The notes beneath the pieces were generated by a model. It was not told where the DNA came from, did not search any database, and saw only the letters and a program-made list of their open reading frames with translations. From the NCBI GenBank assembly GCA_043228905.1, contig JBHGNT010000005.1, forward strand, positions 21,328,001 through 21,392,000: a stretch of 64,000 nucleotides of DNA, given 5' to 3'. This document shows positions 39,089 through 52,600 of the stretch, in pieces (the first letter of the stretch is position 1; every line of letters starts with the position of its first letter). The position numbers and the translations under genes were made by a program. This DNA comes from Azolla caroliniana. Lineage: Eukaryota > Plantae > Polypodiophyta.

Positions 39089-41489
39089 CCTTGTATGGGA
39101 CTCCAAGGACTTCGCCCTATTCGATTTTGGGGAAATATGAATCGGCACCAAAGTTCAGACAGTAGTCAAAAAGAAAAAACAAATGTTTGGGGTTTCTGTA
39201 ACTGAAACATACCTGGACGATGATCGAGCGGGTTCTGTGTTGTAGCTCTCAATCTGCAATGTCGATTTTTTGCTGTTGCGGGAGCTACGTCTGCGTTCGT
39301 GCTCTGAGTACTCCATCTGCATTCAAAATCAGACTTAGGCTAAACAGGAAATTGATGACATTGAAGTCGACCTTAGATGATGGTCATATTCCCCAAGTTC
39401 CACTACGTCTGAAACAGAAGTTCAAATATTTGAGTTTTTTCATAAATTAGTTTTTCAAATATTTGATTTTCCCACAAAAAAGACTAGCTAAACAAATAGC
39501 TAATTAGCTATGGCCATTTTAGTAGCTAATTAGCTATAATAGTGTTTCCACTCGCATGCTTTTACCCTTATATAATACATCCAATGTAATGGTTACATGA
39601 CCGTTATAAATAAGACTGTTACACATTCTTGTACACATGCAGATAATTGTGCATGTGTCCATACACATACTCATCCTCACACACTCATTTACTTTACACA
39701 TACACATCAACCACATCATTACACATAACCTTATGCTTCCCCGTATATTCTTACGGGTAACAACAAGCGAGAATATCGACGACAACAAGACGGCCCATGA
39801 GGGACGATCGAAGAGGGACATGATGTAGCAATGCACCACCAACAAAAGAAATGAAGCTTAAAAGGGAGACAAAACCGAGGCGAATGGTGATCGAGGAAGA
39901 AGAGACCTCCCAACAAATGCGGGTTAATGAAGTGGCCGATACAAAGGCTCAGGTTCGATATGATGGTACCGAGAGAGAAGGTGTGAAACAAGTCACCTTC
40001 TTGTCTTACGAAGAAACGACAACCAAGGAGGAGACCGATGACTCGAGGACAGCGAAGACCACTTCGAGGGAGGATAAATGTTTCAGAACACGCATTGTGT
40101 ACGAAACATCGGGTGATGAAGGTGCAAGCATGAGAAAAGCTTGCATAATCGAGGGAGATAAAGTGTTTGAGTCCGACGTGATTGAGGAGGTAGCCATGAC
40201 AAACGACATCAAGTCGGAGGTGGCTATGGACAAGTCGACGGCGGATAGCCATGTCGAGACTTTCTCCACACTTGTTCCAGAGACTTCGGCGGTTGCGCCA
40301 GTGTGCCAACGTGAGACCAGAGAGACAGAAGGTGGTGACGGAAAGATGAAGGCTCAACACGAGGAAGAAGATCGAGGATGAAAGGATATCCCCACACCTA
40401 TTCTAGAGACTTCGGCGGTTGTGCATGTGCGCCAACGTGAGACCGGAGAGACGGAATGTGTCGACAGAAAAGTGGAGGACCGGAAGGGCGATGAGGAAGA
40501 CAAGGTAAATGTGCATGAATGAAGGGATTCCTTCACACCAGTTCCGGAGACTTCGGCAGTCAAGACCGTGTGTCGACATAAGACCGAAGATAAAGGAGAC
40601 GGCGGAGAGGAGACAATATGGCTTGAGGCGAGCATACACGGAGGGAAGGATGTGTCTGATGAGGAGGCCAAGGGTGAAGCCGCGGTTGAGTTCGATGAAG
40701 AGGCAGCATGCGGGAAGGGAGGAAGAGTCGAGAACCGGTCGAACCAGAAGACGATCCGGCCGGGATTCCGGCCTGAACGAAGGAAGGTCTACATGGGAGC
40801 CGATCGACCAGGGCCGACCCAGCCAAGACCTGATTCGGTAGAAATGGATCGGACGATCCCGATCCAAAAGGGAGCCAACCCGGCTAGAATCAATCGGTCG
40901 AGCACGACTCGACGAAATGCGAATGCATATGAAGGCCAACCGAGCTGAGAAGCGATCGGCGGAGACCGATCCGGACAAGGGCAAACCCGGCCTAATCGGA
41001 GATCGACACGAACGATCCACAACACCCAATTGAAGATGGTGAGCGCGAGGAGTGGCCAAGAGTCCAATCGAAGGACACACACGGTGGACGAAGGAAGAGC
41101 GGTCAGATCGACGACATCGTTCGGTAGATCTACTACAACCGACCGGGGAAGAAGGTGTGAGCGTCGGATATGGTGGATCGGGTGGGTATGGTGGTTCGGT
41201 TGGAAATATTGGGCATACTCGAAGTGGAAGACGAAGTCAAACGAGGTCGGCGAGCGTGCGGAGGAACTCGGTTGATCACCGTTGCCAAAGATCTCACCTC
41301 TTCACCTTTCTCAGCACATACCGGAGGATGTGCGGGTTTGGTGGGGGTGGATGTCGTGACGATTTTCAGCTACGGTGTGAAACCGACTGAGACGAATAAA
41401 CCAAGGATGTGCAACATTGCACATGCACTTAGCAAATAAGCCTAAGGCCTAGTGGCACTTGAGTTCATACAAAGGGGTGCAAGCAAGGT

Positions 41490-44400
41490 CTTGTTCTTGG
41501 TCTTCCATGGTTTGAGCTACATAACCCAACTATTGATTGGAGATGAATGGAAGACTGCTTTCTATACTCGCTATGGCCATTTTGAGTATACAGTGATGCC
41601 ATTTGGTCTCACGAATGCACCAACAGTTTTCCAACATATGGCGAATAACATTTTTCGAGATTTCCTCGATATTTTCGTCATAGTTTACCTGGATGATATC
41701 TTGATCTTCTCAAAAACTCAAGAGGAGCATGATATACATGTTCGACAAGCTTTGCAACGGTTGCATGAATACGGTCTCTATGCAAAATTGGAGAAGTGTA
41801 GTTTCGACAAGCGTCAAGTGGAATTTTTGGGGTACATAATCTCTTCACATGGCATCTCTATGGATCCAACAAAGGTTCAAACAATTTTGGATTGGGAAAC
41901 ATCACAATGTGTGCGAGATGTACAATGTTTTTTGGGGTTCGCAAACTTTTATCGCAAGTTCATCAAAGGTTATTCAAAGATCGTATTGCCCCTCACTCAA
42001 CTGACACAAAAGAATCGACCATTTGTGTGGAGTACGAATGCGAAATTTGCATTTGAAGGTTTAAAGCAAGCATTTACATCCATACCAATTTTGATGCATG
42101 TTCATCCACTGAAGCGCTTTATACTCGAAGCTGATGCATCCGATTTCGCACTAGGAAGCTTACTATCCCAGATTGGCGATGATGGCCAATTGCACCCTGT
42201 GGCTTTTCACTCACAGAAATTTGAAGCTGCAGAAATCAACTATGAGATTCACGACAAAGAGCTTCTTGCCATTGTGGATTCTTTTCAACAATGGCGTCAT
42301 ATTTTGGAGGGTTCTTCTCAACAGATCGTTGTCTACAATGATCACAAAAATCTAACGTACTTCCAAAGTGCTCGAGACCCTGAGATTCAAGTCTTCTGGA
42401 CTCCATTCGGGAGCATATTGAGATTGATGAATTTGCCCAAGACATTCTAAACCATATTATCCCAGATCGTGCTTCTTGTTCAGAATCCCAAAATCCTCAT
42501 CAAGACTACAACCAGTTCAGTAGGCATGATGGTTTACTTTTTCGACAAAATCTCTTGTATGTGCCTTACGGTCCTTCTCGACTCCAAGTCTTGCAACAAT
42601 GTCATGACACACCAATTGCTAGACATTTCTTCATCCACAAGACTTTGGTGTTAATTTCTCGAAGGTATTGGTGGCCACGACTTTGCCATTTTATTACGGA
42701 TTATGTTCGTAGTTGTGATACATGTTGTCGATCCAAAAAACCTCGGCATCATCCATATGGCTTATTACAACCAATGCCTATTCCTGAGAGTCCATGGAAA
42801 TCTATTTCATTGGACTTCATTACGGATCTACCACCTTCCAAGGGTTTTGATTCTATTATCACGGTAGTAGATCGTTTTACGAAGATGGCACATTTTCTTC
42901 CCTACGCAAAGGTCATTACGAGCCAAGAGACAACTGAGTTACTCATGCGAGAAGTGTTTCGGCCTCATGTTCTTCCCGATGATATTATCAGTGATCGGGG
43001 TCCCCAGGTCATCTCAAAATTTTGGCGGCACATGTTCAAACTCTTACATACTTCTTGCAAACTCTCTTCTGGCCACCATCCAGAAACTAACGGGCAGAGT
43101 GTGACAGGAACTACACGCTCCAGATGAACAACGCTCGGCCACAACCGAGCTTAGAATCAAACACCGAAAACGGAGAATGAATACACGACACAAAGGAGAG
43201 AAGAGTACACAAGATGTTTAACGTGGAAAACCCTCAGAGGGAAAAACCATGGGAGTCCACATACTCCAACTATCACTATATCACAATGATTACAACAGTG
43301 AGCTCACGGAGGCAACGACCTCGTGCTCACGATCTTCGCCACAGGCGGCGGTTACAACAAAGGCAACGACCTCTTCCTCTCTCTCTCTCTCTCTCTCTGT
43401 ACACTGTTACGCTCTCTCTAGTCTTGCGCCAAGAAGAATGACAACAACATAGTAAAAGAGTTTGCCCTAACTCATATTTATACTAATATGACTTTTCGTC
43501 TATTTACAAATATAGCCCCGATGGACTCTCAAAAACATATTTACGAATATGTTCCTTCATCCGGTGAGCACTCCTCACCGGGCCTTCCTTGCCGGGTACT
43601 CATCATCCGGTTCTCACCGGGTCTTCACCATCCGGCTCTTGCCGGGTACTCGTCATCCGGTTCTCACCGGGTCTTCCGTTGTCGGGTACTCCACATCCGG
43701 TTCTCTTCACTTCCCATCCGGAGGGACCTGTTTCCTAACAAACTCCCCCTTCACTCCGGCATGGGATGTCTTACTAGTCCGATCCGCTTCCGACATGCAT
43801 CCAGCTTGTCGGGTACCAATACTTTGGTCAGCATATCTGACCCGTTCTTGGCCGTGTGGATCTTCGTCAGCGCGAACTCTCGATCTTATACTCGCTCCCG
43901 GATCAAGTGATACCTACGCTGGATATGCTTCGTACAAGAATGGTAGGCCGCATTCTTAGCAAGGTGGATGGCACTTTGACTATTGCAATAGAGCCGGTAT
44001 TCATCTTAGCGGATACCGAGCTCTCCGATGAAGTCCTTCATCCATAATATTTCCTTCCCGGCTTCCACAGCCACCATGTACTCCGCTCCACCTCCATGGT
44101 TGACAACGCAACCGTCTTCTACAACCTCGACTGCCACGGAACAGCTCCCCCTGCATATGTCATTACATACTCGGATGTAGATCGGTTGGTATCCACATCA
44201 GCCGACATGTCCGAATCGGTAAAACTGTCAAGTTGAGGTTTTTCGGAGCCGAATCGGAGACACATATTTGAAGTGCCCTTCAAGTACCGGAGTATCCATT
44301 TGACCGCGTTCCATTGCTCCTTGCCGAGATTGCTCATAAACCGGCTCACCACTCCGACTGCGTATCCTATATTACCGGTCGGGTACACACCAATTGCGTA

Positions 44401-47400
44401 CATCAAGCTCCCGACGGCAGAGGCATATGGAACCTTCATCATATCAGCCTTCTCTGCTTTCGTCTTCGAGCTTTGCTTCCCGGAGAATCTGCAGTTTTCC
44501 AGGAGCGTCGATCCGACCGGTTTCGCTTCTAACATGTTGAACCGCTGAAGCACCTTTGTCACGTATTTCTCTTGTGATAGCCATAATTGCTTCGTTGGCC
44601 GATTCCGGATGATATGCATCCCCAGCATCTGTCTTGCCGGACCCAAGTCTTTCATAGAGAAAGCTCGGTTGAGAGCCTTCTTCAGCATCCGTATTCTAGC
44701 TTGGTCCCGTCCGACGATCAGCATGTCATCCACGTACCGAAGGAGTATCAGGAAGTCGCCTCCTTTGAATTTCTTCACAAACACGCAGTGATCGGCCTGC
44801 GTCTTGTGGTACCCTTGATCGGTCATCAAGGAGTCGAACTTCCGGTACCATTGTCAGGGAGCCTGCTTCAATCTGTACAGGCTCTTCTTCAACCGGAAAA
44901 CCAGGCGCTCCTTCCCTTTCTCCATGAATCCTTCCGGTTGCTGCATGTAGATCTCCTCTTCGAGGTCACCGTGAAGGAATGTTGTCTTCACGTCCAGCTG
45001 CTCTACCTCGAGGTCCATGCTTGCCGCTATACTCAATACCGTCCGGATGGAGGTCATCTTTACTACCGAGGCAAATATCTCGTCGAAGTCCACGCCCTTC
45101 TTCTACTGGAACCCCTTCACCACGATCCTGGCTTTGTATCTTTGGGGGTTGTCGGCATTTCCCGGTTTCCACTTGTACACCCACTTATTTCGGAGTGCCC
45201 GCTTTCCTTTTGGCAACTCCACCAATTCATACGTATGGTTCTCATATAGGGAATCCATCTCATCTTGCATGGCACTTAACCATTTGCGGCTATGGGTGTC
45301 ATCCTTCGCTTCTTCGAAGCTTTCCGGCTCTCCCTCATCGGTCAACAACACATGCTCTGAATCCGGAAATCTTCGGGGGGGTCTTCTCTCTCTAAAAGGA
45401 TATCTCCGTCTTTGGCCTTCGGCAACCGGCTCTACTATTTGATCTTCATCCGAATCCGATTTGGGGTCTTGGCCGATGCTGGTTTTAGCTTCCTCTACTT
45501 CTTCTTCTGCCGGTTTGGTATCCTCACCGTAACCGGCTGGTTCCTCGAGTGCTAACCGGTCTCTTGCCAGTTGGGTCTGCTCATTGTAGAATCGATCCTT
45601 ACCAGTCGACTCGTAGTTCATTATCTTCTTCTCCGACTCCCAGTCGGTGAGCATATTGTCCTCCATGAAGATAATATCTCGACTCCGGAATACCTTCTTA
45701 TCGACCAGGTCCCACACTCGGTAGCCGAACTCATCATCGTCGTAACCGAGGAATATGCATGGCCGGGTCTTTGGATCAAACTTTCCTCTCCGGTCCTTAG
45801 CAACATGCACGTACGCGAGACACCTGAATACCTTCAGATGCCGGTAGGACACTTTTTTACCGGTCCAGACTCTCTGTGGCGTGTCTCCGTCCAAGGGTAC
45901 TGAGGGTAATTTGTTTATCACATATGTCGCCGTCGACAGTGCCTCAGTCCAAAACTCCTTAGATAGTTTTCCATGCGCCAGCATACTCCGGACCCTCTCC
46001 ATTATGGTCCGGTTCATCCTCTCGGCCAGCCCGTTTAGTTCCGGTGTCTTCGACACGGTAAATTCAAGCCTGATTCCCTTCGAGCGACATTACTCCTCGA
46101 ACTACCCCCGGTATTCACCTCTGTTATCTGCTCGAACCTCCTTCAGCTTCCAGCCGGTTTCTCTTTCCACTCCCGCGTGGAGCTCTTTGAAGACAGATAG
46201 CACCTGATCCTTCGTCTTCAACGGTGTGGCCCACAGCTTCCGGTTGTGGTCATCTATGAACGTCACGAAGTACTGCAATCCTTCATGTGACTTCGTGTTC
46301 ACTTGACACACATCAGTATGCACCAACTCCAGTGGTGCATTACGTCTCATTGGTGGCCTTGGTTGGAAGGAGGTCCGGTTTTGCTTACCAGCCAGACAAT
46401 CAGTGCACTTCTCCAAGTGCACGTTCTTCACTGGAATGAGGTTGTCGTCTGCAAGCCTCTTCATCCCCTTCTCGCTCATGTGACATAGCCTTTTGTGCCA
46501 CAGCTCACCGGCACTGTCGGATGCCACGTTCACTTCCTTCGGACATAACTGGGCATTCATCAGGTACATCGTGTTTACCTTCCGGGCCCGAGCCACAATC
46601 AGGCTCCCTTTGCTGAACTTCATAATATCGTTCCAGATGCTACCCATGTAGCCTTCATCATCTAGCCAACCGGCTGATATCAGGTTCAGACGAACCTCCG
46701 GAACGTGTCGGACATCCTTCACCAACAGCTTGCATCCGGTGGGTGTTGTCAACCACACGTCTCCTATGCCGACAATTTGGCATGTACCTTCATTATCCAT
46801 CCAGACACAGCCGTGATCACCGACTGAGTACGATGAGAAGCATTTCCGGTCCGGGGTAAGGTGGAACGACGCTCCGGAGTTGACCACCTAGGTCATCTCG
46901 TCGCAAGCAAGGTTTATCTAACTCTCCTTGGTGATGAGCATCAACTCTTCTTCACTTGCCGCGATTGCCGTCGTTCCCTTCCGGTCCGCTCCCCTCCGAT
47001 CTTTACCGTTCCGGTCTAGTGTCCACTTTGAATCGGTACCGTTGGTTTCCTTGTCTTTTCGGAAATGCCGACAATTCTTCTGGAAGTGACCCGGCTTGCC
47101 GCAATAGAAGCAAGTAGGCCTCCCCCTTGACTTTGATTGTGTCCCCGACTTTTCCTGGTTCTGGGGACTACGGTTCCTTTGTCTTCCGCGTTCTGATTCG
47201 GTAAGGAGCGCTTTGGTGTCGGAGCTCGTATCCTTATCTTTCCGACGCGCCTCCTCATCTAGCAAGCTTGACTTCACTCTTGCTAGGGATAACCATTTCC
47301 CTTCCGGCCCGGCGTTGCCAAAGGTGACAACCAACGTCTCCCAGCTTTCTGGGAGGGAACCGAGCAGGAGTAGTGCTAGTACCTCATCGGCAAGAGGTAC

Positions 47401-48108
47401 TTCCAATGATGTTGCCTGGTGGATCAGCCCCTAGAAGGCATTCATGTGCTCCGCCATTTCTGGAGCCATCTTGGTACCAGAGTCTTACTAGCTTCCGAAA
47501 TACCGAAACTTGATTGACAACATTTTTGTTCTGAAACATAATGTCGATCTTGTCCCAAAGCTCATGAGCCTTGCTCTCTTCATTGAAGTTGTTGTATAGA
47601 CTCATGTCGATGAAGCACCGTATGTAAGCCATTGTCTTCATGTGCATCACCTCCCATATCGTGGCGTCGATTTTGTCCGGTCTCTTGTCCCCAAACTGAA
47701 CCGGCAACCAAAGATCTTTAACCACGAGCATGTCCCTCATCTTCAACTTCCATATTGAATAGTTGGAGCCGGTGAGCTTGAACATGCCACCCAACGATTC
47801 GTCCATTTTCTGTGTCGTTTCGCTCTGATACCACTTTGACAGGAACTACACGCTCCGGATGAACAACGCTCGGCCACAACCGAGCTTAGAATCAAACACA
47901 GAAAACGGGGAATGAATACACGACACAAAGGAGAGAAGAGTACACAGGATGTTTAACATGGAAAACCTTGAGAGGGAAAAACCACAGGAGTCCACAGACT
48001 CCAACTATCACTATATCACAATGATTACAACAGTGAGCTCACGGAGGCAACGACCTCGTGCTCACGATCTTCGCCACAGGCGATGGTTACAACAGAGGCA
48101 ATGACCTC

Positions 48109-48148
<40 letters not shown>

Positions 48149-49546
48149 CACTGTTACGCTCTCTAGTCTTGCGCCAACAAGAATGACAACAACATAGTAA
48201 AAGAGTTTGCCCTAAGTCATATTTATACTAATATGACTTTTCGGCTATTTACAAATATTGCCCCAATGGACTCTCAAAAACATATTTACGAATATGTCCC
48301 TTCATCCGGTGAGCACACCTCACTGGGCCTTCCTTGTTGGGTACTCATCATCCGGTTCTCACCGGGTCTTCCGTAGTCGAGTACTCGTCGTCCGGTTCTC
48401 ACCGAGGTCTTCCGCAGTCGAGTACTCTTCATCTGGTTCTCACTGGGTCTTCACCATCCGGCTCTTGCCGGGTACTCGTCATCCAGTTCTCACTGGGTCT
48501 TCCATTCCCAGGTACTCCACATCCAGTTCTCTTCACTTCCCATCCGGAGGGACCTGTTTCCTAACAGAGTGAGCGCACCAACCAAATAGTAGAGCAATAT
48601 CTTCGTTGTTTTGTCAACTATCAACAAGATGATTGGGCTGATCTATTACATTTGGTGTAATTTGGTTATAATACAACAACTTAGAACATTCTTCTACTAG
48701 ATACTCCCCATTTTTTGCAAACATTGGGTACCATCCTCGTTGGACTATGCTTGAACAATCCGAACTCCCGACAAACTCGACTGCTGAAAATCGGCTCATC
48801 CAACTCCAAGAAATTCAAGATATCCTTTTGCACCATTTATGTGAGCCTCAAAACACTCAAAAGAAGGTTGTCGACCATCATTGACTACATTTCAAGTGGG
48901 AGATCGATCGAGTATGGCTCTTACAAGGTCGCATTAAAATAACCCAACCTTGCTGCAAATTGGATTATCAACATTTTGGCCTATATGTGATATCTGGTAA
49001 GCTCAATGATGTGGCATTTCACCTTGATTTTCCTCCTCATATGTGTCTTTACCCGGTCTTCCATGTTTCATTGTTCGAGCCCTACACAACCAGCGCCGTA
49101 TCCAAAATCTTGTCTTTTGACTCGTGGAACTCATCGTCGAAAAGAGGGGATAATGTTATGAAGACATGCATTTTTTCCTTACAAGGATTCCAACTCACGA
49201 CGTCTTGGTCTATATGTTAGACCTTTAACCATTATAATAACATATTTGATGTATAGTTATAATAAATATATTTTTAGTTATTTGAAGATATTTAGAGTAT
49301 TCTAGAACATTCTGGAGTATTATAGAACATTCTAGAGTATTATAGAACATTCTAGAATATTCCATGATTATATTAAATATCATAAATATCTAAAATATTT
49401 TAGAACATTCTAGAATACTCCATAAGGACCTATAAATAGGTGTCTATTCATTCATCACAACTCATTCGGTTCAGCACCAGTCTTTAGCCCTTAGCCCACT
49501 CTTTGTAACCTTGTTGTCTCATAATATAATCTCATTTCCATTTACT

Positions 49547-49588
<42 letters not shown>

Positions 49589-49601
49589 ACGAGTCACAAC
49601 A
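41490..49601 (+). mobile_element. Tcn1-like chromovirus remnant (protease end, RT, RH, INT, PPT, 3' LTR 49154-49601), split by a Copia
   Basis: LGLPWFELHNPTIDW jumps by deletion to GDEWKTAF; YLDDILIFS; LEADASDFALG; HPETNGQS|ERTNQ rejoined across the insertion; PPT AAAAGAGGGGATAA then TGTTA...ACAACA. Confidence 0.85.
43102..48566 (-). mobile_element. Full-length Ty1/Copia (Tnt1/Tork-like), 5,465 bp, several stops; LTRs 47837-48566 and 43102-43740
   Basis: Perfect GAGTG TSD (43097-43101, 48567-48571); Met PBS 47822-47833; PPT next to 43741; gag-PR-INT-RT-RH order. Confidence 0.95.
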
Positions 49602-52600
49602 ATATCTAGGTGGATTCCCGCTTTCTGTCGGCTTCAATTTGTATACCCACTTGTTCTAAAGTGCCTTCTTTCCATTCGGCAACTTGGTCAGTTCATACAT
49701 ATGGTTCTCATGAAAGGAATCCATCTCGTCTTGTATGGCACTTAGCCACTTCTGGCTGTGGGTATCCCTCTTTGCTTCCTTGAAGCTTCCTGACTCCCCC
49801 TCATTGGTTAACAACACATACTCCCTATTCTGAAATCTCCAGGGGAGGCTTCTTTCTTAGAGGTTATCTTCTTCCTCCATTCGACGTAGTCGGCTCCTGT
49901 TCGACTTCTTCGGTCGGCTCTTCGTTTGAGTTGGATTCAGATCCCCGTTCGACGAATTGTCTTCTTTCGACTGGTTCCCCTTGTTCCTCAATCGGCTTTT
50001 GACTTTGCCAATTATCTACTCGACTGTCTGGTTTGTATCTCACTTCGATCCGATCGACTTCTGTTCGATTCAATCGATCATCAACTCGGCTTGAATTGGT
50101 AGCTGGAGGCCTATTTTCTGTCGACTGCGGCTTTTGACTTTGCCAATTATCTACTCGACTGTCTGGTTTGTATCTCACTTCGATCCGATCGACTTCTGTT
50201 CGATTCAATCGATCATCAACTCGGCTTGAATTGGTAGCTGGAGGCCTATTTTCAGTCGACTGGGAGGCCGACCCTGTCTTCTCCATCTCCCAGTCCGCAA
50301 TCGTCTTTTCTTCTATAAAGACAATATCTTGGTTCTAAATCACCTTTTTGTCGACTAGGTCCCACATGCGATACCGGAATTCGTCTTCATCGTAGCTGAG
50401 AAATAGACACGGTAGACTCTTGGGATCAAGTTTTCCCCTCTGGTTCTTAGATACATGCACATAGGCTAGGCCGCCGCACACCCTTAGATGTTGGTATGAC
50501 ACCTCTTTGCTGGACCATACCCTTTGTGGTATTTCACCTTCTAATGGTACCGAGGGAGACCTGTTTATTATATAAACGACTGTCATCAACGCCTCGGCCC
50601 AATATATCTTCAGCAGCTTCACATGTGCCAGCATACATCGAACTCTCTCCATGATGGTCCTATTCATTCTCTCGATTAGCCTGTTTAGCTCCAGCGTCTT
50701 TGGCACTATATACTCTAGCCGAATACCTTGAGATCGGAAGTATTCTTCGAACTACCCTTGATACTCTCCTCCGTTATCTGTCCGGACAACTTTCAACTTC
50801 TATCTGGATTCTCTTTCTGTACTGGCATGGAACTCCTTGAACACGCTCAGTACTTGGTCCTTCGTCTTCAACACGTAAGCTAACAACTTACAACTATAAT
50901 CGTCAATGAAGGTAACGAAGTACTATCCACCGGAATGAGTCCTTGCATCTACATAGCATACATCAGTGTGTACGAGTTCTAAAATAGTTTTCCTCCGCAT
51001 CAGGGGCCTCGATCGAAAGTCAACTCTGTTTCATTTTCCGGCAAGGCAATCGACACATTTGTCCAAATGTACATTCTTCACCTCTAGTAGGAGTTCTTTC
51101 CCAACAACATCCACATTCCCTTTTGACTCATGTGGCATGGCCTCTTATGCCACAAGTCACCGGTTGTGTCAACTGCCACGTTTACCTTGTTTCGGCACAG
51201 CCATGCATGCATCACATATAATATATTTTTCTTCTTGGCCAGCACCACAATCAAGCTCCCTTTGAAGAATTTCCATGTGCCGTTTCGGAAGTTACCGTTA
51301 TAACCTTCATCATCGAGCCGCCTGGCTGATATCAAATTCAATCTGATATCTGAAACATGGCGTACATCCTTCAGCATCATTCTATAGCCTGTCAATGTTT
51401 GCAAACATACATTGTTGATTCCCACAATCCTGCATGCACCGTTATTTCCCATCTTCATGTATCCGTAATCACCAGCCGTGTATGATGAGAAGCATCCTTT
51501 GTTGGGGGTCAAGTGAAACGATGCACTGGAATCGAACACCCCTGTCGATTCTTCACCAACAAGATTAACTTCATTTTGTTCACTAATGAACACCAACTCT
51601 TTCTCGTTCGAGGCTATAGCTGAGTTGTTCTAGTTATCCGGAATCTTCTTCGGCTCAACACCATCAGCTCCCCCTTTGTCCTTCCAGTAGTGTTGACAGT
51701 TCTTCTAGAAGTGTCTTGACTTCCCACAGTAGAAGCATTTGGGCCTTCCCTTCGACGTTGACCTCAGTCTAGACTTGTCCTGATTCTGGGGACTTTTATT
51801 CCGCCCTCTTACCCAGTTGACGCCACCTTCAATAACTAAGGCCTTTGGCTCGGAAATGAACTCTTTGGCCTTCCAACGAGCTTCCTCATTTAACAAGCTC
51901 GACTTCACCATCTCTAGGTATAGATGCTTCCCTTCCGGCTCGACGTTGCCCAATGTGGCAATGAGCGTCTCCCCGCTATCCAGAAGGGATCCCAATAGCA
52001 ATAGTGCCAATACCTCATCGGCTAGTGGTACTGCCGGAGAGGTGGTGTGGTTTATTAGTCCTTGTAAGGCATTTAGGTGCTCCGCCATGCTGGAGCCATC
52101 TTGATACCGGAGTCTCACGATCTTTCTGAAGACTGAGACTCTATTTGCGGTGTTCTTGTTCTCGAACATGAACCCGATCTTCTTCCGTAGGACTTCAACA
52201 TCTGTCTTGTTAAAGTTGTTGTATAGACTCGTGTCTATAAAACGCCTTCAGATGCATGACTTCCCAAGTCGATGCATCGATCTTGACGTATTGCACCGGC
52301 AACCATAAGTCTTTACATACAAGCATATCCCGCATCTTCGACTTCCACACTGAGTAGTTGGAGTCGGTTAACTTGAACATTCCACCAAATGAGTCTTCCA
52401 TTTTCTTCCTTTGCTTGAAGGTTATGAACCTTCACTCTGATACCAGTTTGTTGAGAACAAGATCGACCACAACCGATTGTTGAATACAGGTGTCTAATGG
52501 ATGTATTCACATTGTCTCCTTTTGTACACACTAGGCTTAGACTATTTATGTAAATACTGAGAAGGGTAGTTGCCCTAAGTTAGTCAGTATATAAACTAAC

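Larger units (their letters stand above)
27447..39567 (+). mobile_element. Sola2-like DNA transposon, 12,121 bp, apparently intact, with cargo genes
   Basis: TIRs GGGTGAAAGCATGCGAGTGGAAACA (27447-27471) and TGTTTCCACTCGCATGCTTTTACCC (39543-39567), 24/25 match. TTAT TSD (27443-27446, 39568-39571); removing the element restores the sister LTR sequence GGGGGTTTATATAATAC. GRG termini and a 4-bp TSD fit Sola2. Confidence 0.85.
20215..39762 (-). mobile_element. Non-autonomous LTR element with 343-bp LTRs (20215-20557; 27295-27446 joined to 39572-39762)
   Basis: TG...CA LTR pair; TSD GCAAG/ACAAG (4 of 5); TATA and AATAA signals on the minus strand; TGG-initiated PBS-like site just left of 27295; no gag/pol of its own seen. 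Confidence 0.8.
18902..41489 (+). mobile_element. Non-autonomous tRNA-Trp-primed Gypsy element (gag only), split by a 19.5-kb nested insertion
   Basis: 5' LTR 18902-19560 (TGTCG...CGACA); PBS TGGTGAACCTGACGTGA at 19566; gag 19644-20214 homologous to the gag at 6309; resumes at 39768 as acidic low-complexity ORFs with no pol; PPT GGTGGGGGTGGA; 3' LTR start 41352-41489 matches 18902 onward. Confidence 0.8.

Noticed and set aside
43097-43101. Copia targeted at the integrase catalytic Glu (GQSE) of the Tcn1-like element
   Set aside because: A single event, compatible with random insertion.
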